40,903 bases of DNA, from positions 1 through 40,903 of the IMG/VR virus record IMGVR_UViG_3300032295_001731, one strand, 5' to 3'. Made by a program: the position numbers and the translations under genes. Below the pieces are notes generated by a model. The model saw only the letters and a list, made by a program, of their open reading frames with translations, was not told the DNA's origin and made no database searches. Each line of letters begins with the position of its first letter. The stretch's first letter is position 1. Below, one piece after another: positions 19,601-27,634 of this stretch. This DNA is from a virus (taxonomy: Duplodnaviria > Caudoviricetes).

Positions 19601-21187
19601 AGATACAGGATTCATTTGCGTGTTAGCGTGTTCCCACCAGTTTGTGAATGTTTGATTGTCGTGATAATTGTACATTAATCCAACATCATCTTTGTCATCA
19701 TTCTGACCTTCTTTTGCTACAGCTTCATAATGATCAAATACCTCGTGAGTATAAGACACATCTCCGTTAGTATCAGCGGCATAAACACAACCTTGATAAG
19801 ATGTATTCAATGTATTTGTGCTTACTTCATCTCTCCTGTTTGGAAACTCAAAGTTTTCAGCGTTAGGGATAGGAAGTGCATATGTGGGATTGTTACTCTT
19901 ATCGAATAACACAATACCAAAACCTGTTCTTTCACCACGCATATTGCTTTTGTACATAGCTGAGTTGTACACGTGCTTATGACCTGGCTTTCCTATATTT
20001 TTAATTACAGGGAATCTACCTGTAGCAGTATCATCAACAAATTGAATTTGATCCTCAATATCTTTAGATTCGTAACCTACGTTCATTAGGTATAATCTAC
20101 TATTGAAGTATCTAATTGATTTAGCTCTTTTTACGTTTGATGATGTATTGCTCTGCTCTCCAGAATCTAGTTCAACTGCACCATCAAAATCAGCAGGAGC
20201 TTTATCCATGACATTTATTACATTCATACCTGTAGCTACAGGGATACTTGCAATAATTTGAGAAACAGGAGGCGTGCCAATTGGATCACCTGCGTACCAT
20301 GAATCTCTTCTCACATCTATGAATGCAAATAGATTGTCATTTTGATATCTTATTCTTAAGTGGTTACCGTAGTTTGTTGGAGATGCTACATTTGGTTCAC
20401 TAGAGAATGTTCTTGAATGCGGAAACTGAGGTCCATTTGCGGGACTATTATTTCTAACAACAGGAATCAATTCAGTAATCGGAGACCATTCTGTATATTC
20501 ACCTTCATTATCAACAAATCGATAGGCGTAAGAATAACTGCCAACAGGAAGCCCAGTTCCACCAATAACGTAATCATAGCCTGATGAGCTTGGATCTTGC
20601 TTAATGAAGGCAGGTTTATAAAGTATGGCTGATGCTTGAATCTCATAAATCTCTACATTAAATTCAGAGAAATACTTTTCATTGCAATCAGAACCAGTAG
20701 AATTATTTAGTAAGTCTTTTACATTGAACACCAATGGTGGTGTGTTATTATTTGTAACGTAAAATTCTCCACCGACACAACTTTCATTCTTATCGTATTG
20801 AAGTGGGTGTTGTAAATCAAATGGTAAATCAGAGCTGTAAGCAACAATAACACCATCTACACGAATGATAGGATACTCATCTACATCAGAAGATGCCCAT
20901 ATCTCTACGATATGACCATTGATTTCTTGAGCCATCATACATTGGTAAGCGGTAAATGTAAGGGCAGGTGGTGTAGGATTGCACCTGTTATCGATTAAAC
21001 GAAAAAGCATATCTTCTCCCTTAATCTTTTTCTTTGCCATGTTGTTACCATCCATTGGCATACTGCGCATATTCAACGCATCAAGGTGTTCTCCTTCTGT
21101 TGCTGAACCTAATATCTCATTATTGGTATCAGAATTAATACCCTTTTGATATGTTTTATTATCTAATGGATGATGTTGTTGCTTCAT
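16610..21187 (-). CDS. Tail nozzle / stabilisation (muzzle, P22 gp10-like) protein
   Basis: N-terminal KGINSD...LDALNMR, YSYAYRFVD..GEYTEWSP and RLYLMN segments, C-terminal beta-propeller-like GEI..LYAFTD region as in crAss-like stabilisation proteins. Confidence 0.75.
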   Translation of the reverse strand: MKQQHHPLDNKTYQKGINSDTNNEILGSATEGEHLDALNMRSMPMDGNNMAKKKIKGEDMLFRLIDNRCNPTPPALTFTAYQCMMAQEINGHIVEIWASSDVDEYPIIRVDGVIVAYSSDLPFDLQHPLQYDKNESCVGGEFYVTNNNTPPLVFNVKDLLNNSTGSDCNEKYFSEFNVEIYEIQASAILYKPAFIKQDPSSSGYDYVIGGTGLPVGSYSYAYRFVDNEGEYTEWSPITELIPVVRNNSPANGPQFPHSRTFSSEPNVASPTNYGNHLRIRYQNDNLFAFIDVRRDSWYAGDPIGTPPVSQIIASIPVATGMNVINVMDKAPADFDGAVELDSGEQSNTSSNVKRAKSIRYFNSRLYLMNVGYESKDIEDQIQFVDDTATGRFPVIKNIGKPGHKHVYNSAMYKSNMRGERTGFGIVLFDKSNNPTYALPIPNAENFEFPNRRDEVSTNTLNTSYQGCVYAADTNGDVSYTHEVFDHYEAVAKEGQNDDKDDVGLMYNYHDNQTFTNWWEHANTQMNPVSQFDTNSKLNKAVNGIASVDNGPSVTYAPEGFGLNYYAQGFGFKGIDLWPKWADGFSVVQTEPAKRVVAQGLGFYSLIPQDGIIATVEKELNSFWSYFPDLDILNPEIAEDLINNPNSYKIQLVSPLGYFSEIYNTYKEELDSRRKGTDMITYARILRDRNSSDIADQFNPGIGNESGIPDPNDPFNFFKYVAYGRYTNLVTGDSPAFPSNGNGNLEFTISDVQETTTNSTRQSYFKVTLDSSNPDVYNAVNGLTALNTNNNANEPGVMEWREPLYVINLVKDVDVNQGVITEYKYGSSYVKFKSLVLESNGDANQSAVLVSERWEDCIPRIDGQVTTAYDSTKRFVFIEEPNGNVKPWMNIQFESPSNKTTILNGLAAAAPGPYTNSTLTNGIGIYGVYTSTESAGDGDGVCRVFTLNFNEISGYSLFSVVPKDRKVYVNYDPRIPVQVYGGDTYINESIWAALDNNYDNDANPSQLEGGWLFPNNEFKLDLPFPLKRYTFVDTYPIWENSAPWNYDFGYDFQFCGALKANAALMRQMILVWTAETRINLSFAFNVEQPDKAVSDQYYPLINYIPRPYKWEESDPVDAVQFADDNNMIPGYFNDYGYEWNLWNNGGFRFLMNDLQTNIDYSKGQTNKSFFTKPSVGFEEQIDFCTRILWSLRRPPNSQNTPSVKTYPAANYFDISDDTGEIKFAWSAISGDKGNNLYAFTDSGICLLLVDKRIIHEINANELATIGSDVGGILNQLWIDRTIGMHDETWRSWAEYSNAIFFANGISAYAFSDNQLTEIARTGFFELLNRKYNQLIGEGYEAKMSGGFNVLNKEYIMNVQNEDEFSTLIYGINQNALQCQSSYNYDKYLYYKNHLFGMKGLGTYELGIGNEINGDDIPAYLTGISDAEIISDKEFIRIRVNSNSKPEQIYFYKSLSDYNNDIYDSVVDANAVPLSIKNYFGYECYIPRSIYAPYERNQGRVVIFKIVSSADEDFLVTSTAVQYKALK

Positions 21188-21188
21188 A

Positions 21189-21380
21189 CTATTTCTTAAA
21201 TGGGAAACGCTTATTTAAAGTATCCTTTCTTTGTTGGCAGCTACTACAGCCGCCTGACGTATCACCAGATGCTTTAGCAACAAATTTAGCAACTTTATCC
21301 ATTTTGGTGATTTGAGCAACCTTCTCAACTACATCACCAAGACCTTTCATTTCAGCCATTTCAAATATGTTTCTTACCAT
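21189..21380 (-). CDS. Small conserved phage protein with GLGD and CxxC motifs
   Basis: KGLGDVVEKVAQIT...GCSSCQQRKDTLNKRFP; start may be the internal Met (MAEMKG). Confidence 0.65.
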   Translation of the reverse strand: MVRNIFEMAEMKGLGDVVEKVAQITKMDKVAKFVAKASGDTSGGCSSCQQRKDTLNKRFPFKK

Positions 21381-21646
21381 TTTACTTTGTCAGCCCAGTA
21401 TGCAGCGCTCATTTTACCTTTGGAAATATTCTTTGCGTGACGAGCTTTAAAACTCTTTCTGCGTTTGGCATATGACTCAGACTCTCCGGCTTTCTTAGGT
21501 GATCCCTTTACACCCTGCTGACCAAAGCGAATAATCTTTTCTACACCATTAGCACACGCTTTAACAACGTGAGACTTTTTTGGGTGACTAGGTGTTGACT
21601 TAGGCGAATTGCACTTCATCAACTCTTTCTTGAGTGTCTGTGGCAT
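21374..21646 (-). CDS. Small basic phage protein
   Basis: KIIRFGQ...RRKSFKARH...SAAYWA..VKW pattern familiar from aquatic viruses; highly Lys/Arg-rich. Confidence 0.7.
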   Translation of the reverse strand: MPQTLKKELMKCNSPKSTPSHPKKSHVVKACANGVEKIIRFGQQGVKGSPKKAGESESYAKRRKSFKARHAKNISKGKMSAAYWADKVKW

Positions 21647-22038
21647 TACTTTCTGTATTTAGCGGTTTTCTCTTTTATCTTTTTAGGTTGAGCTACGAAT
21701 TGTTTACCCATAGCTTTTCCTATTCTTTTAGCTCTAGTAGTTGAAGCGTACTCAGATGAGCTTAATGACTTAATAGCTTTTTCAGGTAGATATCTCTCTC
21801 CTGTCTCTGAACTTGGCTTACCACTCTTTGTTCTCCATTTTTGCTTAGTCCACTTGGATAAACTATTTGAAGAAGACTTTGCACCTGAATAACCACCACC
21901 AGCAGATTTATATTTCTGAACTGCTAATTGAGCTTTTCTAGCTGACCATTGACCAGGATTACCTCCCTTTGATCCAGCCTTAACAGAAGCAACAATACGC
22001 TTCCATAACCCAGGGTTACTTTTCTTTGAAGTGCTCAT
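21646..22038 (-). CDS. DUF5872-like basic protein
   Basis: GSKGG.PGQWSARKAQL...YK..GGGY, KW.KQKWRTKSGK, ERYLP motifs. Confidence 0.75.
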   Translation of the reverse strand: MSTSKKSNPGLWKRIVASVKAGSKGGNPGQWSARKAQLAVQKYKSAGGGYSGAKSSSNSLSKWTKQKWRTKSGKPSSETGERYLPEKAIKSLSSSEYASTTRAKRIGKAMGKQFVAQPKKIKEKTAKYRK

Positions 22039-22808
22039 TACTTATGGTACATTGATGAGATATACTCTTCCATAGATGCTTTTTCTTTTGAATCCATGGC
22101 TTTAATACGTTTTTTAGCTTTGTTCCAACTTCCGTTAACTAGATCATTTAACTTACTAAATGCATCTTGCCATAACGGACGATACATACGAACATCTCTA
22201 GCTTTCATTGCATTGTAGAACTTCTCTTCAACGTAGTCAACGACTGCACGCTCAAAAAATCTAGGAATAACAGGTAGATCACCATTCTCTACACCCATAC
22301 CATTATAAACAATACGAACAAATGGAAAGCCTTTACATTCTTTACTGAACATAACCAATCCATTTAATACATTATAATAGTATTTAGGACCATAAAAACC
22401 TTGCATATTATGAGTGTAAATACGTTGGTTTGGCTGATAGATATCAGATCCATTACTACCATCGTCTTTTACTTGAGCTGTGTATCCAGTTCCATCAGCG
22501 GTGTTATTGAACAAACGCTTCCAATAAACAACCTGAGTCTTATTAGGATTACAAAGGCTGCCGTTATAAAGATATATTTCGCGGATATTAAATGTGTTTT
22601 TAGGCATTTCAATCTGACAGTTCTCAGGCATTTCAACATCCTGCTGAACCTTCAACCAGAAAGTATCAAAAGATAATTCCTGCATGGCATCTTGGATACG
22701 AGAAATGTACCAACCCTTAGGGAATCCTTTTTTATAATCAGTGTCATTAACAGTGGCAGTAACCTCTGCTAATAAGTGTTCTATGGATACGAAATCGTTA
22801 GATGTCAT
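22038..22808 (-). CDS. Tail ring / head-tail adaptor protein
   Basis: ~250-aa gene in a triplet after capsid; LPVIPRFFERAVVDY motif resembles tail tubular/ring proteins. Confidence 0.65.
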   Translation of the reverse strand: MTSNDFVSIEHLLAEVTATVNDTDYKKGFPKGWYISRIQDAMQELSFDTFWLKVQQDVEMPENCQIEMPKNTFNIREIYLYNGSLCNPNKTQVVYWKRLFNNTADGTGYTAQVKDDGSNGSDIYQPNQRIYTHNMQGFYGPKYYYNVLNGLVMFSKECKGFPFVRIVYNGMGVENGDLPVIPRFFERAVVDYVEEKFYNAMKARDVRMYRPLWQDAFSKLNDLVNGSWNKAKKRIKAMDSKEKASMEEYISSMYHK

Positions 22809-23536
22809 TATTGAGCGGTTTGTTGAGTTGTTGTATCAGGAGTAGGAACAGATCTATTGGCATAAAGTCTAGGATCAAGTTCACTATCATCTTCTCCATC
22901 GTTAATATTTTCCTTAGGCATTAACATTACAAATCTACCAAGCTGTAGTACCTGCATCATTAACTCTTGAATCATTTCATCCGGCAATGGAATCTCTTCA
23001 TCAAGACTACATAATGTTCGTGGATCTAGAGTTGCTTTAATTGCAATCTCAACATCCTTAACAGGAACACACTCTAAACCAAGTAGATAGATACGGTTAA
23101 CTTTAACCCCATCAATGTGATCACCTATTCTATAAAAATAAGGATTTTTAGCACTAGGTTTTGTATACTCATCCAAGTACAAATGCTGAACGCTTCCAAC
23201 ATTAACACCTTGAAACCACACCTGAGCGAATGCTGGTCCATCACACTTACAAGTATCCTCGTTATATGTGATGTAGACTACACCTGAGTTATTAGGTAAG
23301 TCCATAATTTGCGCAGGAAGATCGATGTACTTTCTTCCTTTTGAATCTGTTTTAACTTCTACACTATTGAATGTAGATGTGAATAAGTCAGTATTGGTAG
23401 CAATCGTCTGCTGTAAACGCATACGGTTAGCTACAACCATTGTCCAATAAAGAAGCTGATTTAACGTGAAGTCAGCATCATCAAAAGCAGAGTTAAAGCT
23501 TTTGTCTAAGTCATATATTACGTATCTATATGTCAT
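22808..23536 (-). CDS. Tail ring / head-tail adaptor protein
   Basis: CSLDEEIPLPDEMIQEL C-terminal pattern; triplet position. Confidence 0.65.
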   Translation of the reverse strand: MTYRYVIYDLDKSFNSAFDDADFTLNQLLYWTMVVANRMRLQQTIATNTDLFTSTFNSVEVKTDSKGRKYIDLPAQIMDLPNNSGVVYITYNEDTCKCDGPAFAQVWFQGVNVGSVQHLYLDEYTKPSAKNPYFYRIGDHIDGVKVNRIYLLGLECVPVKDVEIAIKATLDPRTLCSLDEEIPLPDEMIQELMMQVLQLGRFVMLMPKENINDGEDDSELDPRLYANRSVPTPDTTTQQTAQ

Positions 23537-23537
23537 C

Positions 23538-24296
23538 TTACATTGAACTTAATAGTTGTTGAATATCTTGAGCAGTTACCGAGTAAATGCTTGTTTGGTC
23601 ACCTTGCTTGTATGCAATGTAACTCAATGCTTTGTCAAATAGTAATTGGAACACACTATTTGGAAATTCTATGTTTTGAGATAATGTAGTAATAACCGAT
23701 GGTTTCTTTGCCCAGAATACAGTAACCTTTCCATTAACAGATGATGGTCTGATTTCAATTTCTGCGGCTTTATTACCTATATTTACACCTTGGTAATTAG
23801 CAGGTGCTAGATAAGCATACAACTTAAGTGCATCACATATCTGATTACCGTCATATCCTGCTTCTAATGGATTTGAAGCGTTAGTTGACCATTCCTCTAC
23901 ACTAAGTCTCTTACAAGAGTCTGTAGACGATCTATGAAGTTCATCGCTTAAGAAATAGCTTTGTGTATTATCAGGTGTTGGTACAGGTGGATAACCTGAA
24001 ATCTTTTCTGTTTTAGGATTAGCATATACTCCAAGAATAGTCCATACTTCACTTGGAAATACATTTAGGGATACCCTGGAGGTGTTAGTAGTTTTAAACA
24101 CCCCCGAGTATGCTAGATCCCTAAAGAACTCTTCGCCTAATTTATCTTGACCGTAAGCTGCATTCACTACGTTTGTCAACCATTTAATCGCTGCGTTAAT
24201 TGCAGGGATATAGTCTAACTGATCTAAATAGTGATCAGAGTTCTCCGCATCTAGTGCAAAGGCCATTTGATTCCGTAGTTCCTGAGCTAAGATCAT
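23538..24296 (-). CDS. Tail ring / head-tail adaptor protein
   Basis: AINAA N-terminal helix and KKPS...IEFPNSVFQLLFDKA C-terminal pattern (P22 gp4/tubular A-like). Confidence 0.7.
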   Translation of the reverse strand: MILAQELRNQMAFALDAENSDHYLDQLDYIPAINAAIKWLTNVVNAAYGQDKLGEEFFRDLAYSGVFKTTNTSRVSLNVFPSEVWTILGVYANPKTEKISGYPPVPTPDNTQSYFLSDELHRSSTDSCKRLSVEEWSTNASNPLEAGYDGNQICDALKLYAYLAPANYQGVNIGNKAAEIEIRPSSVNGKVTVFWAKKPSVITTLSQNIEFPNSVFQLLFDKALSYIAYKQGDQTSIYSVTAQDIQQLLSSM

Positions 24297-24298
24297 AA

Positions 24299-25084
24299 TT
24301 ATCCGATAGTTTTTTCTGTTATAACACGACCAGTGTTTTTATCCATTACACTGCCTTTAAGCGAGCCATACAATAAACGATCCTGTTGTGCCTTAGCTCT
24401 TTCAGCTGTTAGCTCAACTAGTTGTCTACGCATAGCTTCTGGGCTTTGAGTCACAGACAATCCTTCTTGCTGAATGCGAGCAATAACTTGCATATCAGAC
24501 AATCTTGAAATAGACTGTTGTGCTTCCATCATTTTTTGTGCCCAAGTAGAATCTACAGCCATAGCTGATGTCATATTCTCAAAGAATGCAATTCCGTACT
24601 GACTGTGATTACGCATATAATCTAATTCAGACTGAGATTGAATCTTAACAGAAGATACAGATACTACTTGAACATCACGACCACGCTTACGCTTTGTGCG
24701 AACAAGTGGCTTAAATTTGATAGCTCCATTTGGTGGAGTTGACTCGATACCACGTTTTTTATCTCCGTGAATAGAGAAGTTAAGTGAGAACGCAAAGAAT
24801 ACTACAGGTTGCTCCAACCAATCGTCTTGAAGATCTTGAATGTAATCTAGATCAGCATCAATATCTTTCTGAGCTACTGTGGTTTTGATTTTGTTGATTT
24901 GATTATTGAATCGGTCTTCCAATTCCTTCATCATTTTCTGAACAAGAGAAACAGGTAGAACTTCTTCTTTCTTTTCTTCAACTACCGGTGTTTCTTCTTT
25001 TTTCACTTCTTCTGCGTTAACCTCCTGAAATACTGTTTCTTCAGCTTTAGGAGTAACGTCTTTTTCTACTTTTTTTACTGCCAT
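24299..25084 (-). CDS. Conserved hypothetical protein downstream of capsid
   Basis: 261-aa ORF, acidic N-terminus, helical; virion module. Confidence 0.55.
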   Translation of the reverse strand: MAVKKVEKDVTPKAEETVFQEVNAEEVKKEETPVVEEKKEEVLPVSLVQKMMKELEDRFNNQINKIKTTVAQKDIDADLDYIQDLQDDWLEQPVVFFAFSLNFSIHGDKKRGIESTPPNGAIKFKPLVRTKRKRGRDVQVVSVSSVKIQSQSELDYMRNHSQYGIAFFENMTSAMAVDSTWAQKMMEAQQSISRLSDMQVIARIQQEGLSVTQSPEAMRRQLVELTAERAKAQQDRLLYGSLKGSVMDKNTGRVITEKTIG

Positions 25085-25101
25085 GATTATGTTTTTAATT
25101 T

Positions 25102-25130
25102 AAAAAGAGGGGAGATTTTACTCCCCCCTC
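25102..25130 (-). terminator. Rho-independent terminator after major capsid gene
   Basis: G-run/C-run stem (GAGGGG..CCCCTC) followed by T-run on minus strand. Confidence 0.75.
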
Positions 25131-25149
25131 GATTAAGAATCTATTCAGA

Positions 25150-26388
25150 TTATGGGTTTACGTTAAGGTAAGCACAAGCAAGTGGGTTGTGGAATTTCAC
25201 ACCCATGTTGCAGTCTACCCAAACATCTCCATAACGCTTAGGAACACCATCCTCTAATTTGAGGGTGTCACCTGAACGCTCACCCCAAAGTTGTGTACGC
25301 TTGATGTTTTTCATATCAAGGATAACAATACGATTCTCGAAAGAACCTGGGAATGATGCTTTATCTTCGAAACGCTTGAATGGAACAAGAACGATACGAG
25401 AAGAACCAAGGTTGATCTCTTTCAAGTTCAATAAAGCGATATCATCGTTAGGAGCGTAACGAGTAAGCTCTTCTTTGTAAGCTAAAGAAAGCATACGGTG
25501 CATACGTGGAGTCATGAACGCCATACGAGCTTGACCATAGTCACCATATTCAGAAGACAATACCATATCTTCGAATGCGTCAACTAACGTGTTAGAGTTA
25601 GCAACAGCATTTGGAGAACCAGCTTCCAACATAGAAGTGTAAACACCACCAGTTGTTTTAGCAGGAGTACCATCAGCAGTGATGATTTCACCTTTTTGAC
25701 CTGTCCAGAATGCGTTAGAAAGGTCGATACGGTGTTGGTTGAACATTGCGTTACGTTCCATTTCAAGGAAGTTAGAGGTAGTACCCATAGTCTTCAACTT
25801 GTGAAGCTCAACTTCAGAGTAACGGATTGCTTTGTTGAACAACTGAATGTAGTTAGCACGCTCAATTGTAGAAGCACGGAAGTACTGAGCGAAACCGTCA
25901 GAACCATCGTGGTCAACAGAAGATACGTTAGCGAGGATATCGTCAGCTGCAACAGCAGGAAGAGTATCGCCATTGTAAGGAGAAACAGTTACAGTCAACA
26001 AAGATGTGTCAACACCAACAACGCTACCTTTCTGACCGTTAGGGTAAGAAATGATTGTGTTAGTAGAGATGTTATCAGTTGAAGTAACAGAAATTGTTTG
26101 AGTAGTTGGGTAAGAAACAGCAGCAGATGCAGCAGTAGCTACAAGCGGCTCACGTTGGTAACCCATCTCTTGGTAGAAGAATTCGTCAGAGTTAACTTGC
26201 TCTGCCGGTACCATGTTTAACAATTTCAAATCCATGAACTGCTGAGGAGCAGCATCAAAGATCGCACGGTTAGTCAACTTTTGTACGAGCAACGAAATGT
26301 CGTGTCCGTATAAAGCAGCATACTCAGATCCTACGGAGTTGTAGTTCTGGTTAGTGAACTTTACGTTCGGTTCATTATATAAAGCCAT
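25150..26388 (-). CDS. Major capsid protein (HK97 fold, SU10/DUF5309-like)
   Basis: NYIQLFNKAIRYS...HRIDLSNAFWTG...TTGGV pattern; strong high-expression codon bias; follows portal and scaffold. Confidence 0.85.
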   Translation of the reverse strand: MALYNEPNVKFTNQNYNSVGSEYAALYGHDISLLVQKLTNRAIFDAAPQQFMDLKLLNMVPAEQVNSDEFFYQEMGYQREPLVATAASAAVSYPTTQTISVTSTDNISTNTIISYPNGQKGSVVGVDTSLLTVTVSPYNGDTLPAVAADDILANVSSVDHDGSDGFAQYFRASTIERANYIQLFNKAIRYSEVELHKLKTMGTTSNFLEMERNAMFNQHRIDLSNAFWTGQKGEIITADGTPAKTTGGVYTSMLEAGSPNAVANSNTLVDAFEDMVLSSEYGDYGQARMAFMTPRMHRMLSLAYKEELTRYAPNDDIALLNLKEINLGSSRIVLVPFKRFEDKASFPGSFENRIVILDMKNIKRTQLWGERSGDTLKLEDGVPKRYGDVWVDCNMGVKFHNPLACAYLNVNP

Positions 26389-26423
26389 TTTGCTTCGGGT
26401 TTAAAAAAATTACTAATTAATTA

Positions 26424-27599
26424 CTATGCGTAAGGATCACCTTTAAATAGACCGCTCAAGTGTTGAGCTCCTTGAGGGATACCTGCCTGATTAGGCGCGG
26501 CAGCCTTGCTCTTACGGAGTTCTTTAGGACTTGTGCTTACTATTTTCTCGTTAGCCCTACTCTCACCTTGACGTTCAGCGATTTTCTTAACAGATTCCAA
26601 CATTTTCTTGCCGTACATAGCGTATGCAACTAATTCAGCTGCATCTTCCTTATATGTACCATCAGCATTCATAAACAAGTTCTCCGCTTTCCCCTCAACC
26701 AAGATACTCCTAATCTTAGAGACTTCGGATTTACTGAAGTTAGGGTAAGTCTTACCTAGGTTTTCCACGGAAAGGAGAGCTGTCTTCTTCATGTTTTCGT
26801 ATTCATGTTTCTGACGATTCACAAACTCCTCACGATCTTTCTCTAGAGCTTTTTTGTCTTCAGCGAACAACCGTTTAGTTGTATTTGCTAAGAGCTTCAT
26901 CCTATTATCGTACTCAGATTCAGTAATGTTGCCGTCTTCTAATTCTTCGGCTAATTCCTCAAACTGCTCACTAAAATAGTGCTGGACAAGGCTCTCATAT
27001 TCCTGATTTTTCCAATCAGCTGAGAAGTCCAGTCTTTGTGAAGATGCAAATGCGGCAACGTGATCTTCACCATTAGCCCACAATTCGATTTGCATACGAA
27101 TGTCGCTAGGTAAAGCTTGAAGGTCAGCAGTAAGAGCTTCATACTCTTTCTTTACTTCAGATCCTTCTTGCGCTTGCGATCTCCATGTTTCGACAGATGA
27201 AAAGAACTTAGAAGCGTCATTGACTCCAAATTTATTTGAAATCAAATCAATCATCTCCTTAGGTGGTTCAAAGTTAAGTTTAATTTCCTTTGCCTTCTTT
27301 GGAGTTGACATGATTCCGAAAATGTCATCTGGAGTTTGAGCTACTTCCTCATCATCCTCTTCTTCATCTTCTTCCTCATCTTCCTCTTCGTCTTCAATAC
27401 CTGCTTGACTGCTTGCTTGAGTAATGCTAGAAATCAAGTCTTTATACTCCGCGGAGTTTGCAAAGCTAGGGTCCATTCCGGCCAGAGCTTCAATTTGTCG
27501 GAGTTGCTCTTGCATTTCGGGCTCAAGATTCTCTACAACTGGTGCAGAGAATATGTCCTGGTTTGCTTGAGCAACTTCTTTTTCAAGATTTGCATCCAT
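26424..27599 (-). CDS. Capsid scaffolding / assembly protein
   Basis: Acidic poly-D/E tract, coiled coil, between portal and capsid. Confidence 0.7.
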   Translation of the reverse strand: MDANLEKEVAQANQDIFSAPVVENLEPEMQEQLRQIEALAGMDPSFANSAEYKDLISSITQASSQAGIEDEEEDEEEDEEEDDEEVAQTPDDIFGIMSTPKKAKEIKLNFEPPKEMIDLISNKFGVNDASKFFSSVETWRSQAQEGSEVKKEYEALTADLQALPSDIRMQIELWANGEDHVAAFASSQRLDFSADWKNQEYESLVQHYFSEQFEELAEELEDGNITESEYDNRMKLLANTTKRLFAEDKKALEKDREEFVNRQKHEYENMKKTALLSVENLGKTYPNFSKSEVSKIRSILVEGKAENLFMNADGTYKEDAAELVAYAMYGKKMLESVKKIAERQGESRANEKIVSTSPKELRKSKAAAPNQAGIPQGAQHLSGLFKGDPYA

Positions 27600-27626
27600 G
27601 TTTATATATTATTTGGTTCAAAAATA

Positions 27627-27634
27627 CAAATTTA
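27627..27634 (-). promoter_or_regulatory. Bacteroidota -7 box (TAAATTTG) overlapping the portal stop codon
   Basis: TAnnTTTG upstream of scaffold-capsid pair. Confidence 0.6.
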
